Below, piece by piece: positions 26,473-35,094 of a stretch of 61,143 nucleotides of DNA. The first letter of the stretch is position 1. Each line of letters opens with the position of its first letter. The position numbers were made by a program, and so were the translations under genes. The stretch comes from Verrucomicrobiota bacterium (GTDB lineage Bacteria; Verrucomicrobiota; Verrucomicrobiia; Limisphaerales; UBA11358), in contig JBEKBA010000002.1 of NCBI GenBank assembly GCA_050015635.1, positions 1 through 61,143 of the forward strand. Reading direction: 5' to 3'. The notes under the pieces are model-generated. The model searched no databases and was not told where the DNA came from. It worked only from the letters and a program-made list of their open reading frames with translations.

Positions 26473-26861
26473 GACTGCTGGTTGACTCGACGGTATGGAT
26501 TGATTTTTTCGGCGGAAGGAAAACAACGCAGACCGGGAAATTGGAATTGTGCGTTCAAAACCGCGATGATATTTGCTGTTGCGGCTTTGTGCTGGCCGAA
26601 ATTTTGCAGGGCGTCCGCGATGAAAAACAATTCGTCGCCGTCAAACGGCAATTTGAGAATCTCATTTATCTGGAAGACGACCGGACAACGTTTGAGTTGG
26701 GCGCGACCATTTACCGCGAACTGCGGCGCAAGGGGATGACCATTCGAAATTCCATGGATTGCCTGATTTCCGCCGTTATCATCCAGCAGGGTGTGAATTT
26801 TTTGGAGAACGACCGCGATTACAAATTCATTGACCGGCATTATCCGCTGAACCGGATTTGA
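26469..26861 (+). CDS. vapC: Type II toxin, PIN-domain ribonuclease VapC
   Basis: 130 aa with an LLVDSTVWIDFF start (first acidic residue), later E and D residues (AEILQG, MDCLISA) and a C-terminal NDRDY. Confidence 0.8.
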   Translation: MRLLVDSTVWIDFFGGRKTTQTGKLELCVQNRDDICCCGFVLAEILQGVRDEKQFVAVKRQFENLIYLEDDRTTFELGATIYRELRRKGMTIRNSMDCLISAVIIQQGVNFLENDRDYKFIDRHYPLNRI

Positions 26862-27133
26862 AAGCACGCCGTTTGCAGGCGCGTTGCAGGGTTTGAACCT
26901 GCAAAAAACATCTGATTCATTAGGAAATCCAGATAGTGCCTCACAAAAAATCGGCCAGACGCTTCATGGCTTGGATTCCGTAGTCGAGGCTTGGCCGCAA
27001 CTTCCCGCCGCCCACCGGCGAAGGCTCCTTGTAGAATTCCTATGTCTAAATCCGATGGGTTAGGCGAGGGCAAAATTCAGAAAGTCAGGATGCTTGATGA
27101 AGGCAAACAAGAAAAGGAGGATTAGCACTGTGG

Positions 27134-27379
27134 TCAATTTAATTCTTTGCCAGTTGCGATTTGTCCGGGCTGCAAAAAGGTTTTGATGAGTTCGCCCTCG
27201 CCGCAGACGGTCATGCCGGAAAATTTCTTGAACCATTTTTCATCCGGCACTTCTGGCCGGGTGTCGAGCCATTCGGCCAGCAAACCTAATTGTTCGGCGG
27301 AGATGTTCCGGGATTTGATGCGGTCGAGCAGATGTGCAAACACCGGGCGCGGAAGATTGCTGCGCTGGATGCGGGACAT
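27134..27379 (-). CDS. Hypothetical 81-aa protein, downstream partner of an antitoxin-like gene (candidate toxin of unrecognised family)
   Basis: The ORF starts 2 nt after the stop of the upstream 69-aa ORF. I could not recognise a RelE/ParE/PIN/HicA/MazF motif. Confidence 0.4.
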   Translation of the reverse strand: MSRIQRSNLPRPVFAHLLDRIKSRNISAEQLGLLAEWLDTRPEVPDEKWFKKFSGMTVCGEGELIKTFLQPGQIATGKELN

Positions 27380-27381
27380 GC

Positions 27382-27591
27382 CTAATTGCCGTAGAAGCCG
27401 TGAGCCAGAGCGGATTTCAATTTTTCAACTTCGGCAAGGTCGTCGGATTCAACCATGCGCTGCGCGAGGGCGGATAGTTCGCTTCCGGCAAGGCGGCGCG
27501 TGCGAGCGAGTTCAACGGCAAATTGAATGACGCGCGATTGTTCGCTTGGCGGCAGGTGCTTGATTTCTTCAATCAAGGCTGTTGCTGTCAT
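27382..27591 (-). CDS. Small addiction-module-antitoxin-like protein
   Basis: I prefer the ATG at 27591: MTATALIEEIKHLPPSEQSRVIQFAVELA... The 'LIEEIKxLPxxEQ' N-terminus is characteristic of the putative addiction-module component family. 69 aa. Confidence 0.45.
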   Translation of the reverse strand: MTATALIEEIKHLPPSEQSRVIQFAVELARTRRLAGSELSALAQRMVESDDLAEVEKLKSALAHGFYGN

Positions 27592-28010
27592 ATTGGAACC
27601 ATAACGGACATTGAAACGGAATTCAAATAAAAAGGTGTGCGCAGAGAAAATCAACGGATTTTCAATTTTCCGTTAGCGATCCGCCCAAGCGATTATCCCG
27701 TCCGGGGCAAAATCCAGCCAAATCGGAAAAACGTCCGCCCTCTGAAAGTGCTTCGTAAGCCGCCGTTTTGCCGAAACCAACATTTTTCAAAGCCGCAACT
27801 GCCCCTGTCCGCGTTAGCGCGCGTGCGCTGCGTTGAAAGACTGTCGCCAGGTCTTCCCGTGTCACAAATTTCTTTTTGATCGGCGGCAGTGCTGGTGCTT
27901 CGCGTATTGAGCTGCAACCAAATTAACCATTGGCTTTTGACACGGTTGTGTTAAAGTCCGCGTCCGCTTTTTCGTTTGAAAGCGGCAAAAACTTTTAACC
28001 AAAATAATTT

Positions 28011-28166
28011 ATGTCACAGCATCGCAGTCTGCGCGCGGCGTCCACTCTCGGCGGCAAGCGCAATGTCCTCAAGCGTTTCGAGCGCACCGAACTTCTCAAG
28101 AAACGCGGCCAGTGGAAGGACGGCGACCGCATTACGGGTCTTCGCAAAACCAAGCCGGAGGCGTAA
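28011..28166 (+). CDS. Small basic protein (51 aa), PVC-type
   Basis: Below the 60-aa cut-off of the ORF track. Own translation: MSQHRSLRAASTLGGKRNVLKRFERTELLKKRGQWKDGDRITGLRKTKPEA. It resembles the 'small basic protein' family of Planctomycetes/Verrucomicrobia as I remember it. Confidence 0.55.
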   Translation: MSQHRSLRAASTLGGKRNVLKRFERTELLKKRGQWKDGDRITGLRKTKPEA

Positions 28167-28171
28167 GCCCA

Positions 28172-28885
28172 TTGCCGGTTCGACTTCAAAAATTCCTGGC
28201 GGACGCAGGCGTGGCTTCGCGCCGCGCGGCGGAGAAAATCATTTTGGACGGCAAAGTCCGCGTCAACGGCCAGATCATCCGCCTCCTCGGAACAAAGGTT
28301 GATCCAGTCCACGATGAAGTTTCGGTGGACGGAAAAGCCATTCGCACCAAACGGAAGCTTTACATCGCGCTGCACAAGCCGCCCGGCTGCGTGTGTTCGC
28401 ACCGGGATGAACTGGGTCGCCCGACGATTTACGATTTGCTCCCCAAAGAGTGGCAAATCGTCCATTCGGTGGGGCGTCTGGATTTTAACACGGAGGGATT
28501 GATTTTTCTGACGAATGATGGACAATTCGCCCTGCACCTGACGCATCCACGCTACGGCGTCCGCAAAAAATACATCGCGACGGTCGAAGGCCGCGTGGAA
28601 CCGGAGATGCTGGCACGGTTCATGCGTGGTGTTTTTCACGGCGGTGAAAAATTAAAGGCGGAAAAAGCGCGGCTCATGGGCAGCAGCCGGGCGAAGAGCG
28701 TGGTGGAGTTGGAATTGAGCGAAGGCAAAAACCGCGAGGTGCGGCGGCTGTTTGAATCGCAAAATTTAGTGGTGCAACGGTTGCAACGCGTGCAGATTGG
28801 AAAAATCAAACTGGGCGAGTTGAAATTAGGTCGCTGGCGGACATTGACAGAGACGGAGATAAGAACTTTACTTTTAGAATTATGA
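28172..28885 (+). CDS. Pseudouridine synthase, RsuA/RluB family (S4 domain + catalytic domain)
   Basis: S4 motif VRLQKFLADAGVASRRAAEKIILDGKVRVNG and catalytic GRLDFNTEGLIFLTNDG. The start is uncertain: TTG at 28172 is preferred, because the track start at 28112 would overlap the small basic protein gene. Confidence 0.8.
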   Translation: MPVRLQKFLADAGVASRRAAEKIILDGKVRVNGQIIRLLGTKVDPVHDEVSVDGKAIRTKRKLYIALHKPPGCVCSHRDELGRPTIYDLLPKEWQIVHSVGRLDFNTEGLIFLTNDGQFALHLTHPRYGVRKKYIATVEGRVEPEMLARFMRGVFHGGEKLKAEKARLMGSSRAKSVVELELSEGKNREVRRLFESQNLVVQRLQRVQIGKIKLGELKLGRWRTLTETEIRTLLLEL

Positions 28886-29922
28886 AAATGAATTGCTGGT
28901 TGATGCTGGGCGCGACGCTCGCAACAAGCGCCATCGCGCAGGACAACACGAACACGCTGCCGCCCATCCCCGCGCCAATCACTTCGCCGACGGATACAAT
29001 GTCTGCGACCGAACCCGCGGTTGTTGATACTAACGCGCCGGCGGTTCAACCAAAACCCAGGCACGTCAAGCATAGGCACCGCAAGCCCGCCGCAGTGGCA
29101 AGCGCGCCCATTACCGAGCCGACGGTGACGCTGGTTCCCGGTCCGGCGACGGTTGGCGTGAAAAACGTCAACGTTCGCGGCCAGGCCGGCCTCCGGGGCG
29201 AGGTTGTCGCGCATCTCAACCAGGGCGACGCCGTGACGGTTTTGGACCAGATGAATCTGGACAAGCATAAGGCCGGTGAACCGGCGCAATGGGCAAAAAT
29301 CGCCTTGCCGGCGAACACTCACGTCTGGGTTTTTGCCTCTTTTATTGACGCATCGGGCAAAACGGTTTTGCCGAAGAAATTAAATTTGCGCGCCGGGCCG
29401 GGTGAAAATTACAGTGTGCTTGGCGTCATCGAACACGGCACGTCAGTGACCGAAATCACCACCAAAGGCAAGTGGATGCAAATTGACCCGCCGCCGAACG
29501 CCTACGCCTTTGTCGCCGCGATGTATTTGACGCAGGAAGCGGTGGCAGCCAGTCCGGCTCCGGTGGCAACCACACCGGTTCCCGCGCCGCCGCAGATGGC
29601 CCCCGCTCCGCCGCCGCCGGTGGTTGAGACAACCCCGGCAACTCGTGTGGTCACACATGAAGGGGTTGTGGGCCCGGTCGCCAGCATTGTCGCCCCGACC
29701 GCCTATAAACTTTTTGACCCGGATACTTATCAGACCATTGACTATCTCTACACGACCGAGACGAACCTCGACTTGAGCCGTTACAACAATATGCGGATTG
29801 TCGTCACCGGCGAAGAGGCCCTCGACGAACGCTGGAAAGACACACCGGTGCTCACGGTTGAGAGCATTCAGGTGATTGATACAAACGCCGTCCAATTCAC
29901 CCCCATCAAGCATGCTCATTGA
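28882..29922 (+). CDS. Secreted protein with two bacterial SH3 (SH3b) domains and Pro/Ala-rich linkers
   Basis: Signal peptide MKMNCWLMLGATLATSAIA. VNVRGQAGLRGEVVAHLNQGDAVTVL and LNLRAGPGENYSVLGVIEHGTSVTEI are SH3_3-like. Confidence 0.65.
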   Translation: MKMNCWLMLGATLATSAIAQDNTNTLPPIPAPITSPTDTMSATEPAVVDTNAPAVQPKPRHVKHRHRKPAAVASAPITEPTVTLVPGPATVGVKNVNVRGQAGLRGEVVAHLNQGDAVTVLDQMNLDKHKAGEPAQWAKIALPANTHVWVFASFIDASGKTVLPKKLNLRAGPGENYSVLGVIEHGTSVTEITTKGKWMQIDPPPNAYAFVAAMYLTQEAVAASPAPVATTPVPAPPQMAPAPPPPVVETTPATRVVTHEGVVGPVASIVAPTAYKLFDPDTYQTIDYLYTTETNLDLSRYNNMRIVVTGEEALDERWKDTPVLTVESIQVIDTNAVQFTPIKHAH

Positions 29923-30796
29923 CGGCCGTGCCATCGCCGCGAAAGTTCAAGGCGGATTGTCGCACGTCATCAACGGCTTGAAAAAGGATGGGGTCCAACC
30001 CGGCCTCGCCTTTGTGCGCGTGGGTGAAGATCCCGCCTCAAAAGTTTATGTCGGCCGCAAGGAAAAAGCCTGCGCGGAACTCGGCATTTTTTCTGAAACA
30101 TGCGTTTTGCCCGAAAATTGCGGTGAAGGGACATTGCTCGAACTAGTCGGGAATCTCAATGTTGATCCGCGTTTCCATGGAATTTTGGTTCAAGCACCGC
30201 TGCCGGGAGATTTTTCCGAGGCGAAGGTTTATTCGAGTGTGATGCCGGAGAAGGATGTGGATGGTTTTCATCCGGTGAACGTCGGTAAACTGATGCATGG
30301 CGACCCGACGGGGTTTCGGCCATGCACTCCGGCGGGCATCTGTGAATTGCTCGCGCATTCGGAGGTGAATACCGTCGGCGCGGAGGTGGTGATTCTCGGA
30401 CGCGGTAACATCGTCGGTAAGCCGCTCGCCGCCATGCTTTGTCAAAAAGGCCGGCACGCGAACGCGACGGTGACGATTTGTCATTCCGCCACGCGCGACA
30501 TCAAGGCACATTGCCAACGTGCCGATATTTTGATCGCCGCGATGGGCGTCGCGGAATTTGTGAAAGCGGACATGGTCAAAACGGGCGCGGTCGTGATTGA
30601 CGTGGGCGTCAACCGCCTGAACGGAAAATTGGTCGGCGACGTGGATTTTGCCGCCGTCCAAAAGGTCGCCGGCAAAATCACGCCGAATCCCGGCGGCGTC
30701 GGCCCGATGACCATTGCGATGTTGATGGGAAATATCGTGGAAGCCGCCCGGCGGTTTGCCGCGCAAAAAATCTGTCAAACCACAAAACAATCATGA
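29912..30796 (+). CDS. folD: Bifunctional 5,10-methylene-THF dehydrogenase / methenyl-THF cyclohydrolase
   Basis: MLIDGRAIAAKV start, with GRGNIVGKPLAAML and PGGVGPMTIAML motifs. An internal ATG is preferred over the track start at 29876. Confidence 0.9.
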   Translation: MLIDGRAIAAKVQGGLSHVINGLKKDGVQPGLAFVRVGEDPASKVYVGRKEKACAELGIFSETCVLPENCGEGTLLELVGNLNVDPRFHGILVQAPLPGDFSEAKVYSSVMPEKDVDGFHPVNVGKLMHGDPTGFRPCTPAGICELLAHSEVNTVGAEVVILGRGNIVGKPLAAMLCQKGRHANATVTICHSATRDIKAHCQRADILIAAMGVAEFVKADMVKTGAVVIDVGVNRLNGKLVGDVDFAAVQKVAGKITPNPGGVGPMTIAMLMGNIVEAARRFAAQKICQTTKQS

Positions 30797-30813
30797 AATA
30801 AAAATTAACCATT

Positions 30814-31248
30814 ATGCAACCCACCCGAATTCTCCCCGATTTGCAAGCCTCGCTGCTGTGCGAGGAAGTCCGGCAGGAAGCTAATGGAAATTTCTTCCTT
30901 GTCGGCGTTATCAACCTCATCCGTGTGCCCCAACTGCCGGTCGTCGCCGGGCGGCTCTGCGTCTTCAACCGCTGGACGGCGGGCATCGGCCAGTTCACCG
31001 AAACCGTCCGGCTGATTGCGCCGGACCAGACCACGGTGCTGCGCAAAGCCGAAGTAAAGTTTCCGTTGAAGGATGCGGCGCTGCACGCGACGAATATAAC
31101 GGTGTTCGGGCAACTTGAATTCAAAACCGCCGGAACGTATTTCATCGAAGTGCTCGTGGACGACGTGATGAAATTGCGTTATCCGGTGCCGGTCATTCAC
31201 GCGCCGCCGCCGAATCAAAATCCGCCGCCGGAAGAAAAAACGGCTTGA
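30814..31248 (+). CDS. Conserved hypothetical protein
   Basis: 144-aa ORF with coding-like composition and a proline-rich tail. I could assign no motif. Confidence 0.45.
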   Translation: MQPTRILPDLQASLLCEEVRQEANGNFFLVGVINLIRVPQLPVVAGRLCVFNRWTAGIGQFTETVRLIAPDQTTVLRKAEVKFPLKDAALHATNITVFGQLEFKTAGTYFIEVLVDDVMKLRYPVPVIHAPPPNQNPPPEEKTA

Positions 31249-31282
31249 CGGCTTCGCCCACAAATCAAACGCGGGTTGGTTC

Positions 31283-32146
31283 TTGAAAGGCGGAATGGTT
31301 TGTGGTCAAAAGTCCGTGTTGGATCCGTTTGAATCTATGGCTTTGATGACTGCGTCCGCCCCTGCCTGGGAACCGCTGACGCCCCGTGGCGTGGCGACCT
31401 TCGCGCACGCGCCTTTCAGCCGCCTGCTGCTCGTGCAATTTATTGTGGCGCTGCTCATTGCCGCGTCCGTCGCCTGGTTTCTCTACGACGGCTGTTTTCC
31501 AACCCTGCGCAAGGCCATTCACAATCTGCCCGCCGCCGGGGAAATCCGCTCCGGCCGGCTCGACTTGTCCGGCGACTCGCCGCAACTGCTCGCCGAAGGA
31601 AGATTCCTTGCATTCGACATTGACCCGAATCACAGCGGCCAGATTCACTCGACCGCTGATGTGCAGATTGAATTCGGCGGGGAAACCATCCGTGTTTTTT
31701 CGCTGCTCGGTTACGCGGAATTTCAGTATCCGTCCGGCCTCATCATTTCGTTTAATCGCACGGAATTGGAACCGCTGTGGGGCGCGTGGACGGCGGAGAT
31801 TTTGCTGGTTGCCGCTGCCGCGACTGTGGTCGGCTTGCTACTGGGCTGGGCTGCGCTCGCAACCCTTTATTGTTTGCCGGTCTGGGCTTCCGGCCATTTT
31901 ACCAGACGCGACCTGGATTTTTGTGCAAGCTGGAAATTATCCGGCGCGGCGCTGATGCCGGGCGCACTGCTGATGGCGGCGGTGATTTTCTTTTATGATT
32001 TTGGCGCGCTTAATCTGGTCCAGTTTAGTTTCGTCTTTGGTGCCCACTTTGTGCTCGGCTGGATTTATCTGTTTGTCAGTTTACCGTTCGCGCCGCGACT
32101 TGCCCCCGCCCCGCCCGGGGGTAACCCGTTCGTGCCGCGCAATTAA
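31283..32146 (+). CDS. Hypothetical integral membrane protein
   Basis: About 5 hydrophobic segments. The start is uncertain (TTG 31283, ATG 31295 or ATG 31337). Confidence 0.45.
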   Translation: MKGGMVCGQKSVLDPFESMALMTASAPAWEPLTPRGVATFAHAPFSRLLLVQFIVALLIAASVAWFLYDGCFPTLRKAIHNLPAAGEIRSGRLDLSGDSPQLLAEGRFLAFDIDPNHSGQIHSTADVQIEFGGETIRVFSLLGYAEFQYPSGLIISFNRTELEPLWGAWTAEILLVAAAATVVGLLLGWAALATLYCLPVWASGHFTRRDLDFCASWKLSGAALMPGALLMAAVIFFYDFGALNLVQFSFVFGAHFVLGWIYLFVSLPFAPRLAPAPPGGNPFVPRN

Positions 32147-32184
32147 AATTGCCACCAACAAACCTCGCCTTTAGCCTGCCGCCC

Positions 32185-33474
32185 ATGTCTCGACTGCCGT
32201 TTGAACTGCTCCTCGCGCTACGTTACCTGCGGCCCAAACGGACGTTTGTTTCCATCATCACCCTCATTTCCGTCATCGGCGTCGCGCTCGGAGTCGCCGT
32301 GCTCATCATCGTCATCAGCGTCATGAGCGGATTTGACCATGACTTGCGCTCAAAAATCCTCGGCTTCAACGCCCACTTGAAGGTTTTCGCGCTCGATAAA
32401 ACGGGAAGAGCCGGAACGATGGATAATTATGAAGACGTGATGAAGCGCGTCGCGTCCAACAAAAATGTCCGCGGCATCGCGCCCTTCGTGCTCGGCCAGG
32501 TGCTGCTCGAAACGCAACCATCAAACAAGGAACCGTCGCTCGTCGGCGCGCCGTGGATTCGCGGCGTTGACCCGGACAGCGAAAGTTCGGTCAGCGTTTT
32601 GCCCAAAAGCATCATCAACGGCGAATTTGATTTAAGCGGACGCGGTTTGGTCGTCGGCAGCGCCTTCGCGCAAAGCCTGAATTTGTCCGTCGGCGACCGC
32701 GTTTCAATCTATTCGCCGGACGATTTGAAAAAAATGAAGGAGCAGCAGGGCAAGTCGAATGCGGAAGCCGTGTTGCCCGACGACTACGAGGTGCGCGGGA
32801 TTTTTGACGTGGGTTATTATGATTACAATGCGAACGTCATCGTCACCTCGCTCGAAAACGCGCAGGACCTTTACGACCTCGACGACACCGTTCATGGCCT
32901 GATGGTGATGCTCAACGATCCCTATCAGGCGCCGGAAGTGCGGCAACAATTGGAGCAAACCCTCGGGCCGGATTTCAACATTACGACTTGGATGCAGGAA
33001 AATTCACAATTTCTCGGCGCCATCATTGTCGAAAAGAACATGATGTTTTTCCTGCTCTTTTTCATCGTTTTTGTGGCTGCCTTCGGTATCACCTGCACTC
33101 TCATCACCTTCGTTATGATGAAAACACACGAAATTGGTTTGATGAAATCTATCGGTGCTTCAAACAAACAGGTGATGTTCGTTTTTGTCATTCAAAGCAT
33201 GGTCATCAGCTTTTTTGGCATCGCGACCGGAGTCGGATTGGGGCTGTTTGCGATATGGATACGTAATGATTTTCTTCATTTAATGAACCGGTTGACGGGT
33301 TTTGAACTCTTTCCCGCTTCCATTTACGGCTTCAGCGATTTGCCGGCCGTAGTTAATTTGAGCGACATCGCAATAATTTGTGGAGGTTCACTCGTCATTT
33401 GTTTGTTGGCGGCGATATTGCCCGCTCACCATGCCAGCAAAATGAAACCCGTGGAGGCGTTGCGCTATGAGTGA
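32185..33474 (+). CDS. Lipoprotein-releasing system permease, LolC/LolE (FtsX/MacB-type) family
   Basis: MSRLPFELLLALRYLRPKR start, a large periplasmic loop and a C-terminal FtsX-type 3-TM bundle. It overlaps lolD by 8 nt. Confidence 0.8.
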   Translation: MSRLPFELLLALRYLRPKRTFVSIITLISVIGVALGVAVLIIVISVMSGFDHDLRSKILGFNAHLKVFALDKTGRAGTMDNYEDVMKRVASNKNVRGIAPFVLGQVLLETQPSNKEPSLVGAPWIRGVDPDSESSVSVLPKSIINGEFDLSGRGLVVGSAFAQSLNLSVGDRVSIYSPDDLKKMKEQQGKSNAEAVLPDDYEVRGIFDVGYYDYNANVIVTSLENAQDLYDLDDTVHGLMVMLNDPYQAPEVRQQLEQTLGPDFNITTWMQENSQFLGAIIVEKNMMFFLLFFIVFVAAFGITCTLITFVMMKTHEIGLMKSIGASNKQVMFVFVIQSMVISFFGIATGVGLGLFAIWIRNDFLHLMNRLTGFELFPASIYGFSDLPAVVNLSDIAIICGGSLVICLLAAILPAHHASKMKPVEALRYE

Positions 33475-34162
33475 ACCGTTGCTGCGCGCCCGCGCCCTCA
33501 CAAAAACCTATGCCATGGGCAAACGCTCGCTCGAAGTGTTGCGCGACGTTCATCTCGACGTGGCGCGTGGTGAATTTCTCGCGTTGCGCGGTGCGTCCGG
33601 CGCGGGCAAAAGCACGCTGCTGCATTTGATCGGCGGCCTGGACACGCCGAATGCCGGTGAAATCTATTTTGCCGGACAAAACCTCGTGAATTTTTCCGAA
33701 CGCGAGCTGGCCCATTTCCGTAATCGCCGTATCGGTTTCGTTTTTCAGGCGTATCATCTTTTGCCCGAACTTGACGCGCTGGAAAATGTTTGTCTGCCCG
33801 CGCGCATGGCGCGCATTTCCACTGCCAAAGCTGAAGGGCATGGCCGCGAATTGCTCGCGCGCGTCGGTCTTGGCGAACGCATGGATCATAAACCGTCCGA
33901 ACTTTCCGGCGGCGAACAGCAGCGCGTCGCCATCGCCCGCTCGCTCATCAACGAACCGGAATTGCTGCTGGCCGACGAACCGACCGGCAATCTTGATTCA
34001 CAAACCGGCGGTGAAATTATTGAACTGCTTAAAAGTCTGCGTGTCGAAAAACAAATGACGCTTATTATTGCCACGCACGACACGGAAGTCGCCGCGCACG
34101 CGCAGCGCGTCCTTGAACTTGCGGACGGTCGCATTGCCGTCGCCATGCAAAATCGCCGTTGA
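33467..34162 (+). CDS. lolD: Lipoprotein-releasing system ATP-binding protein
   Basis: Walker A GASGAGKST, signature LSGGEQQR and Walker B LLLADEPT, in a MacB/LolD-type ABC ATPase. Confidence 0.85.
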   Translation: MSEPLLRARALTKTYAMGKRSLEVLRDVHLDVARGEFLALRGASGAGKSTLLHLIGGLDTPNAGEIYFAGQNLVNFSERELAHFRNRRIGFVFQAYHLLPELDALENVCLPARMARISTAKAEGHGRELLARVGLGERMDHKPSELSGGEQQRVAIARSLINEPELLLADEPTGNLDSQTGGEIIELLKSLRVEKQMTLIIATHDTEVAAHAQRVLELADGRIAVAMQNRR

Positions 34163-34193
34163 AAACCCGCCGTTTGGCGATTAGTTTTTCCCC

Positions 34194-35093
34194 ATGCTTG
34201 AAGATCGTGACTATATGCGCCAGCCGGCTTACCGTGAGTCGCGCGTCTCCTTCACGGTCGCGCTCCTGATTCTGTGCGCCATCGTCTTCGTCATCGAATG
34301 TATTGTCTGTGGCTACCCGCCGGCTTTTTCCGAAGGCAACTATTTCACGTTGAGTGTTGATGGACTGAAGCATGGCTTCGTCTGGCAGTTGCTGACGTAT
34401 CAATTCATGCACGCCGGATTGATGCATATTTTGCTCAATGGCTGGGCGATTTACATTTTTGGCCGCGCCATCGAGGAAACGCTCGGCGGCAAGAATTTCC
34501 TGATTCTGTTTCTAACCAGCGGAGTTATCGGCGGCTTGGTGCAAATGCTGGCCGCGTGGCTCTGGCCTGATTATTTCGGCGGCCCGGTCGTCGGCGCCTC
34601 GGCGGGCGCATTTGGACTGGTGGCGGCATTCGCGGTTTTGTTTCCGGAACGCGAACTGATGTTGCTCCTGTTTTTTGTTCTGCCGTTAAGGTTGCGCGCA
34701 AAAACCTTGTTGTGGTTTGCAGCCGCGCTGGCGGTGTTTGGCTTGGTTGTTCATGGCGACAACATCGCCAATGCGGCGCATTTGGGCGGAATGTTGACGG
34801 GCATTATCTTTATACGGCTGTTCATTCAAGGCCGCTGGCATTGGCCGCAATGGGGATTTCCGGAGCGCCGCGCCGCGCCGCGTGAATTTGTCGCTGCCGG
34901 ATCAGGCAAAAGCAAAGGTGGATTTTGGCGTTCCGCTGTGGGCAAATCCGACGACGATTCGTCCACCGACGAATTTTTGAAAAATGAAGTTGACCCGATT
35001 CTCGAGAAAATTTCCGCCCATGGCATCCAAAGCCTCACCGCGCGGGAACGCCAGATTCTCGAAAAAGCCCGCGCGAAAATGGCGAAACGTTGA
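34194..35093 (+). CDS. Rhomboid-family intramembrane serine protease
   Basis: HILLNGW (HxxxN), the GASAGAFGL catalytic Ser motif and AAHLGGM catalytic His, plus a soluble C-terminal extension. Confidence 0.85.
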   Translation: MLEDRDYMRQPAYRESRVSFTVALLILCAIVFVIECIVCGYPPAFSEGNYFTLSVDGLKHGFVWQLLTYQFMHAGLMHILLNGWAIYIFGRAIEETLGGKNFLILFLTSGVIGGLVQMLAAWLWPDYFGGPVVGASAGAFGLVAAFAVLFPERELMLLLFFVLPLRLRAKTLLWFAAALAVFGLVVHGDNIANAAHLGGMLTGIIFIRLFIQGRWHWPQWGFPERRAAPREFVAAGSGKSKGGFWRSAVGKSDDDSSTDEFLKNEVDPILEKISAHGIQSLTARERQILEKARAKMAKR

Positions 35094-35094
35094 A

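Noticed and set aside
24776-26526. ORFs crossing the repeats (24776..25051, 24888..25133, 24983..25630, 25883..26269, 25987..26526), some starting MVGTGGRPQG...
   Set aside because: They are generated by the repeat sequence itself or are antisense to DUF899. The shared peptide start simply reflects the repeated DNA, and they have no Shine-Dalgarno and no domain.
26862-27133. Unassigned 270 bp after vapC, with the 77-aa ORF 26840..27073 and the hairpin TGCAGG-N7-CCTGCA followed by an A-run
   Set aside because: The ORF has no start context or motifs. The hairpin is followed by A's on the plus strand and preceded by T's on the minus strand, so it does not fit an intrinsic terminator in either direction. 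It is probably degraded filler.
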